Shown: in pieces, positions 19,415-28,789 of the stretch
Layout: the number at the start of each line of letters is the position of its first letter
Position numbering within the stretch: the first letter of the stretch is position 1
Virus record (IMG/VR): IMGVR_UViG_3300042337_000070
Location: 43,943 to 107,942 of that record
Reading direction: 5' to 3' (one strand)
Origin: a virus
DNA: 64,000 nucleotides
Notes under the pieces: generated by a model
What the model was told of the DNA's origin: nothing
The model's database searches: none
Seen by the model: only the letters and a program-made list of their open reading frames with translations
Position numbers and translations under genes: made by a program

Positions 19415-19626
19415 TATCGTTTACCTTTTGGAAAGTGTAACCTTGGTGGAGCATCACCCATTTCTCTATCATAGTCGATAAGTGCTTCATCAATAACTTG
19501 CTTGATACTTGCTAGCCTCCTACGATAGTTACCACGAATATGAACTCTTTCTTGCTTGTTCTTCAATGTTTCAATCAATGTTTGAACCTGAAATGGTACC
19601 TCAAATTGATTCTGTTCCTTGCTCAT
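19414..19626 (-). CDS. Hypothetical protein
   Basis: Probable start MSKEQNQFEVP; overlaps gp55 end. Confidence 0.6.
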   Translation of the reverse strand: MSKEQNQFEVPFQVQTLIETLKNKQERVHIRGNYRRRLASIKQVIDEALIDYDREMGDAPPRLHFPKGKR

Positions 19627-20176
19627 CTTCATTCTCCACGAATTTTTCAAGTCCTTCTTTCGCCTGCTTACGCTTCTCTTTTTTAAGACGTTCTTTGTTC
19701 TCAAAGTTCTTAATGAACTCATTCAAGTTATCATACATAGTAGACGTAATCATATGATTGTCGTCACCATCTACCATAAGAGAAGCATCAGCGGTATCTA
19801 GAACAGACTCTTGAAACTTTTTATACATTATATAGCGATTCTTTTCTTCCTTAGCAATACGTCTATGGAAAGCAAAGTTTGTGATTTGAGTGAAGTATGC
19901 AAAGGGATTCTGACTGATGGCAGGGTTGAAATTATCAAAGTAAAGAAAACAGTTTTCTAGTGCATCCGACTTCATTTCGTCGATGAAAGAATAATTCATG
20001 AAGCGAGGCTTACGAGCGAGGTTCTCGGTGATAAGCCAAATACACTTACCACAATACTCGGAAACTCTAGGTTTCTCTCGTCCTTCAGAAGAAGCAATTT
20101 CAACTTTCTTTTTATATTCAACAATATCTTCTAAGAACTTCTTATTATCAACGTAGTGGTTTGCTTTCTTCGCCAT
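19601..20176 (-). CDS. 55: Late sigma factor gp55
   Basis: HYVDNKKF, KPRFMNY, EMKSDALENC, NPFAYFTQI..AF.RRI.KE. Confidence 0.96.
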   Translation of the reverse strand: MAKKANHYVDNKKFLEDIVEYKKKVEIASSEGREKPRVSEYCGKCIWLITENLARKPRFMNYSFIDEMKSDALENCFLYFDNFNPAISQNPFAYFTQITNFAFHRRIAKEEKNRYIMYKKFQESVLDTADASLMVDGDDNHMITSTMYDNLNEFIKNFENKERLKKEKRKQAKEGLEKFVENEDEQGTESI

Positions 20177-20203
20177 ACTGTAAGCCTTTTGTTAGTTTCA
20201 AGG

Positions 20204-20232
20204 AGTATATCATAATAAAAAAGTTTTGTCAA
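20204..20232 (-). promoter_or_regulatory. sigma70 promoter for gp55
   Basis: TTGACA-17-TATACT. Confidence 0.8.
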
Positions 20233-20247
20233 TCGGGTGGATTTTAC

Positions 20248-20276
20248 TTGACAAGATTTTTTGATGTTTGTATAAT
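20248..20276 (+). promoter_or_regulatory. Divergent perfect-consensus sigma70 promoter with no downstream gene
   Basis: TTGACA (20248-53)-17-TATAAT (20271-76). Confidence 0.8.
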
Positions 20277-20318
20277 GCCTATTGCAGCCAACCACCTAGA
20301 TAAACGAGCCAAGAAAAT

Positions 20319-20355
20319 GCAACCGTCGAGCGAAGCGAGACAGTTGCGAAGCAAC
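20319..20355 (+). other. Branched hairpin element with two GCGAAGC mini-hairpins
   Basis: gcaaccgtc-ga-GCGAAGC-ga-gacagttgc, overlapping gttGCGAAGCaac. Confidence 0.55.
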
Positions 20356-20655
20356 TCACTTAGCAGTAAACCCTGGATCGGTAAGCATCGTTAGTTTGTC
20401 TATCTGCTTCTTAAGCACAGGACCACGATCCGGCCATTTGATAATGGGCTGATCGGCATTCTTTGCTAGGTTCTGCAATAGAGGAAGATAAATCTTACGA
20501 ATGGCTTGTAGTCTATTCTTAAGATCGCTAATCTCATCAGATACCGGTGATAAAGCTTCTGCTACAATATCATCCTCATTTCCAAATGAAAACCCAAAGT
20601 CGTCTGTTAGGTCCTTATCTTCAAATGTAAGATACGGATTTGTTTCAGTTGCCAT
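20356..20655 (-). CDS. Hypothetical protein (T4-like phage type)
   Basis: DDFGFSF...IYLPLLQNL..N......IKWPDR. Confidence 0.75.
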   Translation of the reverse strand: MATETNPYLTFEDKDLTDDFGFSFGNEDDIVAEALSPVSDEISDLKNRLQAIRKIYLPLLQNLAKNADQPIIKWPDRGPVLKKQIDKLTMLTDPGFTAK

Positions 20656-21047
20656 TAGTGCAGAGTCCTTTTTCCTGGTGGTTCATAATCATCCTCTATC
20701 TCTTCATTCTGAATTTCTTCTTCAACATGAGGTTTATTAAGAGTGAGTTCAACATTATTCCAATAGTATATATTCATCTTCTCAGCAACGTCTGTATAGA
20801 TAAGAATATCTTCGTCATGAAGGATGAAAACTTGTTCATCTACAATCTTAGAAAACACCCAAGGTATGAAAGCCACGGATAACGATCCTTCGTTATCAAC
20901 AGGCATGTAAACAACCTTAAGAGGATGGAAGAGAGTGTATATTGTACCGTCCCCATCTTCTGTTTCACTCACATCGGCGATGATATCATCACCATTTTGT
21001 AATCTTATAAACTTTACTAATGGTTTATCTTCATGAGTCATAATCAA
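20655..21047 (-). CDS. Hypothetical protein, Sm-like beta fold suspected
   Basis: KFIRLQNGDDIIA...P......F.PW; follows uvsW as in related phages. Confidence 0.7.
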   Translation of the reverse strand: MIMTHEDKPLVKFIRLQNGDDIIADVSETEDGDGTIYTLFHPLKVVYMPVDNEGSLSVAFIPWVFSKIVDEQVFILHDEDILIYTDVAEKMNIYYWNNVELTLNKPHVEEEIQNEEIEDDYEPPGKRTLH

Positions 21048-22513
21048 TCTTTCATGCTTACTTTGTAGACCTTGAACTTGAATTTTTCTTCATTATAGGT
21101 TTTGACTCGTTCAAAGAAGTGTTTTAGTGTGAAGTTTTCTCTTGCTTTCCAGCTAAAGTCGTCGGCAATGTCATAGAGCGTGGCGGATTTCTTAGTGTCC
21201 GATACTCTAAGTCCACGCCCGATGGATTGTAAGTTCCTAATCTTACTCTTGCTTGGTGATGCAAAGATAACATTATTAAGGTTGACAATGTTAGTCCCAG
21301 TAGAAAGGACACCCACGCTACCAACAATGATTGCATTCCTTTCCACCTCCATAATGCGTCTAATCTCTTCTCTTTCATCAACATCAGTTCCTCCATGAAT
21401 AAAGAATATCTTTCTATCTTTAGCCTTCTTATTTAGCATGTCGTATAGAACCTGGCCATGAGACTCAACAAAGTTAAAGAGTAGTAGAGTGTTGCCTTCT
21501 AGAGACAATGCTAAGTTTACAACAAACTTATTTCTTTTAGGGTTTGATATGATATACTTAATCTCATCTTGATATGATGCATTTTTCATATACTGACATT
21601 CTTCATCAGAGTATTTGAGCAATAAACACTTGATCGTTAGTTCTGCCAATTGCTTCTTTTTCATTAGTTCGGCCGATGATGTTGCCTTATAGATAGCACC
21701 AAACAATCCAATAAGTTGCCATTCGTGGGCCTTAGCACCTGTCAAAGTTCCGGTTACACCTAGTCTATATGTGGCTTTGGTGCATTTAGAAACAATGTCG
21801 GTGAGTGCCTTTGCTTGTGCTTGGTGCACCTCGTCAACTACAATGTAATCAAATTTCTCAAAATACTCTTTAGGCATCTTATAGAGTGACTGCCATGTAG
21901 AAATGCAAATTGGCTTGTCAGTTTCTTTGTCACGACCAGAATAGACACGATGACAGTATTTCTCCATATCTTTACCATTCTTAACTGAATAGTCTTCGAA
22001 GTCGCTATACATTTGTTCTACGAGGGCAGAACGAGGAACAATTAATAGTCCTCTCTTACCTTGTCTTAGAAGAAAGTTGCATACCATATAAAGCAATAGA
22101 GACTTACCAGAACCAGTAGGGGATAGGACAATCCTGCGCTTAGAGCGTATAGCATGAATAAAAGCGTCAAGTTGATAATCCCTAGGTGGATGTTTGGGGT
22201 TAAGTTTTTCCACAAACTCTTTAGCTTCCTCAACGGAGAAAGAAGAATCGAAATCTTCATCAACATATTCGTATGTATATCCTCTATCTGTAGCCCACTT
22301 AATAACCTGTGACACCAAACCACGATATATCATTCTTGATGCAGGGTTGAACAACCTCAAATAACCGTCCCAGAGCTTTTGCTTGTAAGAAGGAACAAAC
22401 ATAAACCCTGGAGGACGGAACGAAAAAGCATCTCTCAATTCCCATGCAACGGATTCGTCACAGTGAACTTTGATATATGTTTCGTCGTGATTGAGAATTG
22501 TCAAATGAGTCAT
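21044..22513 (-). CDS. uvsW: UvsW SF2 helicase
   Basis: PRDYQ, SPTGSGKS, DEVH, TGT, QSIGRGLR. Confidence 0.96.
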   Translation of the reverse strand: MTHLTILNHDETYIKVHCDESVAWELRDAFSFRPPGFMFVPSYKQKLWDGYLRLFNPASRMIYRGLVSQVIKWATDRGYTYEYVDEDFDSSFSVEEAKEFVEKLNPKHPPRDYQLDAFIHAIRSKRRIVLSPTGSGKSLLLYMVCNFLLRQGKRGLLIVPRSALVEQMYSDFEDYSVKNGKDMEKYCHRVYSGRDKETDKPICISTWQSLYKMPKEYFEKFDYIVVDEVHQAQAKALTDIVSKCTKATYRLGVTGTLTGAKAHEWQLIGLFGAIYKATSSAELMKKKQLAELTIKCLLLKYSDEECQYMKNASYQDEIKYIISNPKRNKFVVNLALSLEGNTLLLFNFVESHGQVLYDMLNKKAKDRKIFFIHGGTDVDEREEIRRIMEVERNAIIVGSVGVLSTGTNIVNLNNVIFASPSKSKIRNLQSIGRGLRVSDTKKSATLYDIADDFSWKARENFTLKHFFERVKTYNEEKFKFKVYKVSMKD

Positions 22514-22965
22514 TATTTACCTGATGAAAGTTGAAGATATTTCACATAGTTTCCTAAGTCCCAGGTTCTATTGTGAAGTGATTTGAGGACAGTTTCACAG
22601 TAAGAGACAATCTCTTCATGAGCAACCTTCTTTAACAACAGTTTATTTAGTTCGGCGTCTGTATCAAGTTTGCGAGCAATTTGTGGATTTGAAAGAACAT
22701 GTTGACATGGTTCCCATCCACGTTCTTCTAATTCTTCTTTGGTTAGATGTCCCTGATAGTAATCTTCACGAAGACCTTTAAGCATTTTGTAATCAGATTC
22801 CATCTTACGGATAAGATGTCTATGATAGGACATTATGTTTAGATATTTGGAATGTAAAGAAGCAATTTTAAGCAACTCTTTTTCCATAGAGGTGGGATCG
22901 ATATATGTATCTTCCGACCACTCTTTCATCAAAATTTCGATAGATTTTACCGGTGCTTTCAACAT
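22513..22965 (-). CDS. uvsY: Recombination mediator UvsY
   Basis: W.ED..ID...E..KI..LHSKYL, YY.G; upstream of uvsW. Confidence 0.85.
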   Translation of the reverse strand: MLKAPVKSIEILMKEWSEDTYIDPTSMEKELLKIASLHSKYLNIMSYHRHLIRKMESDYKMLKGLREDYYQGHLTKEELEERGWEPCQHVLSNPQIARKLDTDAELNKLLLKKVAHEEIVSYCETVLKSLHNRTWDLGNYVKYLQLSSGK

Positions 22966-22990
22966 GATTCATTCCTTCCATAACAAAACT

Positions 22991-23019
22991 ATTATATCAC
23001 ATAAGGCGTTCGATTTCAA
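22991..23019 (-). promoter_or_regulatory. sigma70-type promoter for uvsY-uvsW
   Basis: TTGAAA-17-TATAAT. Confidence 0.6.
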
Positions 23020-23524
23020 ACCTATCGTATCGGAATGTAATGTCGCATGTAGGAATAGTATCAGCATCTACTTTAGTGTCGAAATTGATACCACTTAGAT
23101 TTGTGGGATGACAATTGAGGAACTTGATACGCATGTTAGGATTATTAGCATTTGTATTGATAGTTAGGTAACCGTCAAAGTAAAGGTTTGTGGCAGGCTT
23201 AATGATTGTCTTACGAAGATATTCTTCATATTCTTTAGGACGAGTGAGACCTTGCAACCACTTATATGTTTCTTCCCAAATTCGTAGGTCTTCATCAACT
23301 AATGCCGTGAGTGTTAGTGCTTCATATGCAAGTTTATCACCATGACGATATGTGGCAGAGAAAGGAGTAGGCACAGCAACCTCGGATGTTGATACACCAG
23401 GTAACACAACTGTCTGACAAAAATACTTCAAGAATGGCATGTCAGGAATAATGAACGTATATTTTGTAGTCTGTAATAGACTAGTATTCTCGGGTGTGTT
23501 TGCTGTATAAGGTTCTATGGCCAT
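22997..23524 (-). CDS. 3: Tail tube terminator/completion protein gp3
   Basis: YFCQTVVLPG, GDKL.YE.L....LVDEDL..W, FRY; position after gp23. Confidence 0.88.
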   Translation of the reverse strand: MAIEPYTANTPENTSLLQTTKYTFIIPDMPFLKYFCQTVVLPGVSTSEVAVPTPFSATYRHGDKLAYEALTLTALVDEDLRIWEETYKWLQGLTRPKEYEEYLRKTIIKPATNLYFDGYLTINTNANNPNMRIKFLNCHPTNLSGINFDTKVDADTIPTCDITFRYDRFEIERLM

Positions 23525-23542
23525 GTTAGTCCTCCGTAGAGG

Positions 23543-23550
23543 TATTTAGT
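23543..23550 (-). promoter_or_regulatory. Late promoter (ACTAAATA) for gp3
   Basis: Variant of gp55 TATAAATA box. Confidence 0.6.
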
Positions 23551-23552
23551 TA

Positions 23553-23581
23553 TTGTCAAAGTCCTTGTTTTACTATATACT
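23553..23581 (+). promoter_or_regulatory. sigma70-type promoter for endonuclease
   Basis: TTGTCA-17-TATACT, then GAGGAGG RBS. Confidence 0.6.
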
Positions 23582-23608
23582 ATGTTAGATTGCGAACGAG
23601 GAGGAACT

Positions 23609-24172
23609 ATGGGTATCATCTACTGCTATACAAACAAGAATACAGGCAAAAAGTATATTGGTCAAACAATTCATCCTGAGCAAAGAAAAGCTAATCATTT
23701 ACATGAGGCAACCGTAAAGGGATCAGATTACTACTTTCATCGCTCTATTAGAAAGCACGGATGGGATAACTTTGATTATGAGGTGTTGGAAGATAACGTT
23801 GAACAAAAGGACCTAAACGACCGAGAGAACCATTATATTGATATGTATGATACGTTATGGCCTAACGGATACAACCAGTGTCCTGCTAACTCATTAGACG
23901 AGACTGCTATTGAGAAAATGAGAAAAACTAAGAAGGCACGTTTTGCTGCTATGACTCCTGAGGAACGTAGAGCATCGGTTGAAAAGATGGTTCAAGCAAA
24001 CACGGGAAAAAAGGATAGCGAAGAAACACGTAGGAAGAAAAGCGAATCTGTGAAAAAATACCTTGCGAAGAATCCTAGAGTTATCTCCGAAGAAACCAAG
24101 AGAAAGACAAGCGAATCTATGAAGCGAGCTAGGCAAGAAAAGTTTTGGACAACGAAAAAGGGCGGGGAATAA
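23609..24172 (+). mobile_element. Free-standing GIY-YIG homing endonuclease (Seg-like) with NUMOD3-type repeats
   Basis: GIIYCYTN...KKYIGQT, E..YI.....NGYN, SEETRRKKSES / SEETKRKTSES. Confidence 0.9.
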
Positions 24173-24185
24173 CCCCGCCCTTAGT
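24155..24185. terminator. Terminator after gp23, probably bidirectional
   Basis: AAGGGCGGGG-5-CCCCGCCCTT with A-tract on the left. Confidence 0.85.
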
Positions 24186-24214
24186 TGGGTTAGTTGTTCT
24201 AACCTTCTGATATA

Positions 24215-25600
24215 TCAGGTCAAATTTCTGACACGGAAAATGCGGTAGTAGATGTTGGCCTTACCAGCAACTTCTCTACCAGCAACCATGCCGTCACCGT
24301 CAGCGGTAGCAAATGGGTTTGCAACCATGCCGTAACGTGTCTTGAATCCAATCTTTGGCTGGAAGGTATCCTGACCGATTGCACGAACCATCTGTAGTGG
24401 AACGTATGGGCAGTAGAATAGACCAGCATCGAATGGGGATGTTCCCTTATAACCAACGGTTACAAGTTCGTCACCATTTGCTGAACCACCGAAGTAAGGA
24501 TCGATGTAAACCTTGATACGACCATGTAGCATACCAACGAAGGTGTTGCCAGTGTCGTCAACGGTTAGATCAGCGGATAGCTGTGGGGTGTAAGATAGAA
24601 CACCAGCCATGGCCATAGCGGAAGCAACGTCAGAAGAAACGATTAGGACGTTACCCTTACCACGACGGGTTGCCTTGGAGATAGCATTACATTCACGCTC
24701 AATGTGGAAGATTAGACCCTTGAACTTTTCAACTGACCAACGACCGTTTGAGTCGGTGTCAAGATCGAATGTACCAGCGGTTGTAACACCATACTGAGCA
24801 CCGATTGTAGCAGAACGATAGATTGTTCTGATAACTTCACGGTTGATTTCTGCTAGAATCTCTGTTGAGAGAATGTTAGCAAGTTCTGTCTCTGCGTCAA
24901 GACCGTGGATTGCCTTTAGGTCCTGTGCAAGTTCAGTGGTGTATTCTGCCTTTAGCGCACGGCTACGAGCAGTAACAGTAACCTTGTCGATGTTGAATGC
25001 CATTTCAGCGAAAGCATTAGCAGCACTGTCACCAAGTGCTTCTGCCTGTGATGTAGTCATACCACGACCAACACCAAATGCAGTACCGTCACCTGAAAGG
25101 TCAGCAACTGGATTTGTGTTAGCAGCGTCACCGAATGAGGTGTTTGCCCATGAAGTGCCTGCTGCACCACCGGTGTTACCAGCAGCGTTCTTAGCAGAGA
25201 ATGAAGTATTGGCTTCGAAGAATAGTGCTTCGTCGGTTGAACCTGCACCCTGTGCCTGCTGTGCCTTATAACGTGAACGCATTGCGAAGATTAGGCCGGT
25301 TGGACCGGTCATTGGCTGAACGCCGCAAACGTCATAAGCGATTAGATTTGGAAGGGCACGACGAACTAGGGAGATAAGAATTGGGTCGTATGAACCAATT
25401 GCTGTACCGGTACCTAGACCACCACCAGCGTTAGTTGGGGCAGCTTCGTTTAGAGTGCGGGACTCTTCGGCCATTGCCTTTTCCTGGTTCTCTAGAACGA
25501 CGGCTGTAACAGCACGACGATATGAGTCCTTGATTTGATTGAGACCACCGTGGTCCAGAACAGGAGCCCACTTCTTCTCAAGATTTTCTGTAAGATACAT
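24215..25600 (-). CDS. 23: Major capsid protein gp23
   Basis: KWAPVL, GVQPMTGPTGLIFAMR, ELAQDLKAIHGLDAE, FQPKIGFKTRYG. Confidence 0.99.
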   Translation of the reverse strand: MYLTENLEKKWAPVLDHGGLNQIKDSYRRAVTAVVLENQEKAMAEESRTLNEAAPTNAGGGLGTGTAIGSYDPILISLVRRALPNLIAYDVCGVQPMTGPTGLIFAMRSRYKAQQAQGAGSTDEALFFEANTSFSAKNAAGNTGGAAGTSWANTSFGDAANTNPVADLSGDGTAFGVGRGMTTSQAEALGDSAANAFAEMAFNIDKVTVTARSRALKAEYTTELAQDLKAIHGLDAETELANILSTEILAEINREVIRTIYRSATIGAQYGVTTAGTFDLDTDSNGRWSVEKFKGLIFHIERECNAISKATRRGKGNVLIVSSDVASAMAMAGVLSYTPQLSADLTVDDTGNTFVGMLHGRIKVYIDPYFGGSANGDELVTVGYKGTSPFDAGLFYCPYVPLQMVRAIGQDTFQPKIGFKTRYGMVANPFATADGDGMVAGREVAGKANIYYRIFRVRNLT

Positions 25601-25634
25601 TTTAGTTTCCTTCTTTCTTTTTAACTAAAGTTAA

Positions 25635-27044
25635 TTAACGTGGAAGAGTTCTTCCAAGAGCTTGAACGTAGCGGCCCATTGGTCCTTCGATGCTCTCTGT
25701 TAGAGACTGTGGATCATTGGTTTCTACGCTGTCTAGAACTGAATCATTCTTGACGGCTGTTGGAAAATAGTTCTCTTTCAATGTCTCGATTTTCTCGACA
25801 AATTCTTCATCACTTGTATAAGCGACGTTTTCTAGTAGACCAGCAAGCTTGTCTGCCTGAACGTCTGTTAGACCCTCACAAACAGAATAAATAAGTTCTG
25901 TCTTGCGAGCCTCAGCAATAATGCCGGATAGTTCGACACTGCGCTGAATTTCTTCATTAAGTTTTGCCTCTAGTTCCTCAACTGTTGCTGATAGTTCTTC
26001 AACTACGTCAACTGAGTCTTCTGGAACGTCAATGTAATGTTCTGCGAATAGGGCACGAAGACCTGAAATGAAGTCTTCTGTTAGTTCAGAGCGAAGTGCA
26101 GATTCAACGGCAACCTCATTCTCCTCGATCCACTGTTCGACAACGTAGTTTAGATAATCGTCAACGTTGGAAGCAAGTTCTTCCATGATTTCGTTGACTC
26201 TTTCTTCTAGTGTCTCAGCATATGCTTGTTCTAGGAGAGCAACTTCTTCTTCTAGCTTTGCCTTTACAGCAGCTTCGAAAATTGTTGTAGCCTTAGCATG
26301 GAACTCTTCTGAAAGGTTCTCACCTTCTAGTAGAGCGTTGACATGCTCAGTCATGTCTACTTCGTAATTCTCTAGTTCCTCAGCAATCTCTTCTGATTCT
26401 GTTTCTTCTGAAACAAATTCGAAGTTTTCATCAATAGCAGCTAGAATTTCTTCTTCGTTTAGACCAGCTTCAATGGCTTCTGCAATGAAGTCTTCTAGTT
26501 CTTCTGAAAGTTCTAGTTCTTCGTCGCACTTTTCCATCTTACCTTCGTGCTTGTCTTCCTTCTTGTCTTCTTTCTCATTTTCGTCCTCGTCATCCTTCTT
26601 GGACTTACGGGCTTCCTTGAGTGCTTTTAGACGTTCTGCAAGTGACATTGTGGTTGTTTCTTCAACTACTTCACCATCTTGCTCCATCTCTTCGGCTGCA
26701 AGCTTCTTTGTTGGTTCTGTGTTTGAACCAGAACCCTTTACTGATGTGTCTCTCTTCTTACCACCAGATGCCTTAGCACCTAGATTTTCTTTTGCTGTAG
26801 AAGTTGGTGTTGCTCCTCCAAGATCCTCTGCATGACCTGTTGGGTCTGGTGCACCTGGATTTGGATGACGACCTTCAACTGCCTTAGAGCTAGGACGTAG
26901 TGTCTTAGCATTTGCTGTGGATGCTGTAGAAGGATCGACAGGATTTGGGTTAGAAATCTTACCTGGGGAAACCTCAGGATAAGCACCCTCCTGTAGAGTC
27001 TTACCTTCTAGAACAGCCTTAGCTGCTTCTGTTAGTGATGCCAT
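25635..27044 (-). CDS. 22: Prohead core scaffold gp22 with long N-terminal extension
   Basis: LSEEF..KA.TIFEAAV, VDDYLNYVVEQW..EN, TLKENYF. Confidence 0.92.
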   Translation of the reverse strand: MASLTEAAKAVLEGKTLQEGAYPEVSPGKISNPNPVDPSTASTANAKTLRPSSKAVEGRHPNPGAPDPTGHAEDLGGATPTSTAKENLGAKASGGKKRDTSVKGSGSNTEPTKKLAAEEMEQDGEVVEETTTMSLAERLKALKEARKSKKDDEDENEKEDKKEDKHEGKMEKCDEELELSEELEDFIAEAIEAGLNEEEILAAIDENFEFVSEETESEEIAEELENYEVDMTEHVNALLEGENLSEEFHAKATTIFEAAVKAKLEEEVALLEQAYAETLEERVNEIMEELASNVDDYLNYVVEQWIEENEVAVESALRSELTEDFISGLRALFAEHYIDVPEDSVDVVEELSATVEELEAKLNEEIQRSVELSGIIAEARKTELIYSVCEGLTDVQADKLAGLLENVAYTSDEEFVEKIETLKENYFPTAVKNDSVLDSVETNDPQSLTESIEGPMGRYVQALGRTLPR

Positions 27045-27065
27045 GTTTTAGATACTCCTTTTCCT

Positions 27066-27073
27066 TATTTAGT
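27066..27073 (-). promoter_or_regulatory. Late promoter for gp22-23
   Basis: ACTAAATA. Confidence 0.6.
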
Positions 27074-27077
27074 ATTT

Positions 27078-27725
27078 TCAAAGTTTTGAAATATAGTTTT
27101 CAAAAATCTTCAAGGCAACTTTTTCAATGTCATGTTTAGAAGATTCACTGATAAGTTTTTTAGCATGATAATACTCTTGCTCTTTCCACTTACCGTTTTC
27201 AAATATCCATTCTTTACCTTCCATGATGCCTTGCACGAATGCGTCAGGTGCGCTAGGGTCTGCAACAATGTCTGCCGCTGTTGCTAACTTATAGTCGTCT
27301 TGGACTTGCTGATAACCATTGTGTGGACGAAGAGACCCTACGCCTCTTGTTGACACACCAAGACTTGCACCACCATCTAGTAGACTCTTAACTATCTTTC
27401 CGTTAGGAGTATCTAAAATCTTTGCTTTACCAATAAAGTTTGTTCCATCTGCCTTTAATGAAGTAATCATATGAGACACACGGTCTAGGTTGATTTGAGG
27501 ATTCTCAGGATGACCTAGCTCACCAAAGGCTCTGTTCTTTTGAACGTATTCGTTATTGTATCTTGCTGCTTCTTTTGATAGAACAGACATAGGATATACA
27601 CGACCGTTTCTATTCTGCTTTTCTGCTTGCATGAAGATGCCGGTGATAAAGTGATTCTTACCACCCTTACCATCGGATTCAACAAGGTACTTAACGTTTT
27701 GAATTTCTTCTCTAATAAGTTTCAT
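27078..27725 (-). CDS. 21: Prohead protease gp21
   Basis: NRNGRVYP, GELGHP, GVSTRGVGS, DIVADPSAPDAFV. Confidence 0.97.
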   Translation of the reverse strand: MKLIREEIQNVKYLVESDGKGGKNHFITGIFMQAEKQNRNGRVYPMSVLSKEAARYNNEYVQKNRAFGELGHPENPQINLDRVSHMITSLKADGTNFIGKAKILDTPNGKIVKSLLDGGASLGVSTRGVGSLRPHNGYQQVQDDYKLATAADIVADPSAPDAFVQGIMEGKEWIFENGKWKEQEYYHAKKLISESSKHDIEKVALKIFENYISKL

Positions 27726-27741
27726 AGACTTATTTATCCTT

Positions 27742-28281
27742 TTATTCTTCTAAACTATTTAAACCGGATTCAAGACCTTTTAGTCCGCCTCTGATTGCTT
27801 TACCGGCAAGTCCTGCCAAACCTGGTCTCTTATTTCTTCTTTGTGTATCAGACATCTTAGGTTCTTTATGATCAATATCACGACCCATTAAAGCGTTACG
27901 AAACTTTTGTGCTGGTGTTACCACTCTTCGATTAACAACTCTCTTTTTTGGTTGCTCAGAACCTTCTGGATATTTTACAGATGCTCTTACTGCACCAAGC
28001 TTTGGTTCTTTCTCGGCAGTTCTAGTAGCAGCATATGCTCTTTCTGCTTTTCTTTGATCAATCTTTGTTTTCCAAAACTCTCTTTTTTCAGCATCAGTCT
28101 TGCCAACTAGCGGACCAGACTTAGCACCAGTAGCACGATAACCTTGTAGTTCGTCCAGCTGCATGGAACGCTTTACTTCATAAAGTTTTTGTTCCATGAT
28201 AGAATTTAGTCTATCATTAAAGTGTTCTTCCGCACGAACAAAATTTTTATCAATAATGTTTTCGATGAGTTCTTTAGACAT
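27742..28281 (-). CDS. Prohead core/internal protein (gp67-like N-terminus, basic tail)
   Basis: Helical N-terminus ELIENII...AEEHF..RL..IM.QKL; position between gp20 and gp21. Confidence 0.55.
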   Translation of the reverse strand: MSKELIENIIDKNFVRAEEHFNDRLNSIMEQKLYEVKRSMQLDELQGYRATGAKSGPLVGKTDAEKREFWKTKIDQRKAERAYAATRTAEKEPKLGAVRASVKYPEGSEQPKKRVVNRRVVTPAQKFRNALMGRDIDHKEPKMSDTQRRNKRPGLAGLAGKAIRGGLKGLESGLNSLEE

Positions 28282-28787
28282 TATGGAATTCTCGCTGGGT
28301 TGAATGCGTTAGGATCTCTTGTCTGTCCCTGATCATAATCTGTACCATCTTTCTTTAGATCGATGAATAGAGTGAAACCGTCACCAGATGCAACACCTGC
28401 GGCAGTATAAAGAATGTCACCTGTGCTGTTAGCAACATCTTTGATACCAATAGAGGCAGACAATCCTTCTGCATCAAAGTTATAATCAAACTGTCCATCG
28501 CCGATGCTAACGATACTATCAGTATTTGCACCAGCCCAAACTAGTGTGACGAAACCTTTAGACTTGAAATGTCCTTGTCCCCAAACACGCTTGATGGTTG
28601 TCTTATATACAGACTTTGGATGAGTATTGCTAGACATGATCTTACCATTAGCATTTAATGAATATGCTAGGTTAGAAACGTCTAAAAGAAGATTGTTGGC
28701 AGATGCAGTATCAACGGTTGCCACATACTTGACAACTGATCTTCTATTTGAGTCTACCAACTTTTGCTCTTGTATTACGTTTGCCAT
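28281..28787 (-). CDS. Hypothetical virion protein
   Basis: Beta-rich 168 aa, GDIL...FTLFIDLKK; head operon. Confidence 0.6.
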   Translation of the reverse strand: MANVIQEQKLVDSNRRSVVKYVATVDTASANNLLLDVSNLAYSLNANGKIMSSNTHPKSVYKTTIKRVWGQGHFKSKGFVTLVWAGANTDSIVSIGDGQFDYNFDAEGLSASIGIKDVANSTGDILYTAAGVASGDGFTLFIDLKKDGTDYDQGQTRDPNAFNPARIP

Positions 28788-28789
28788 TG

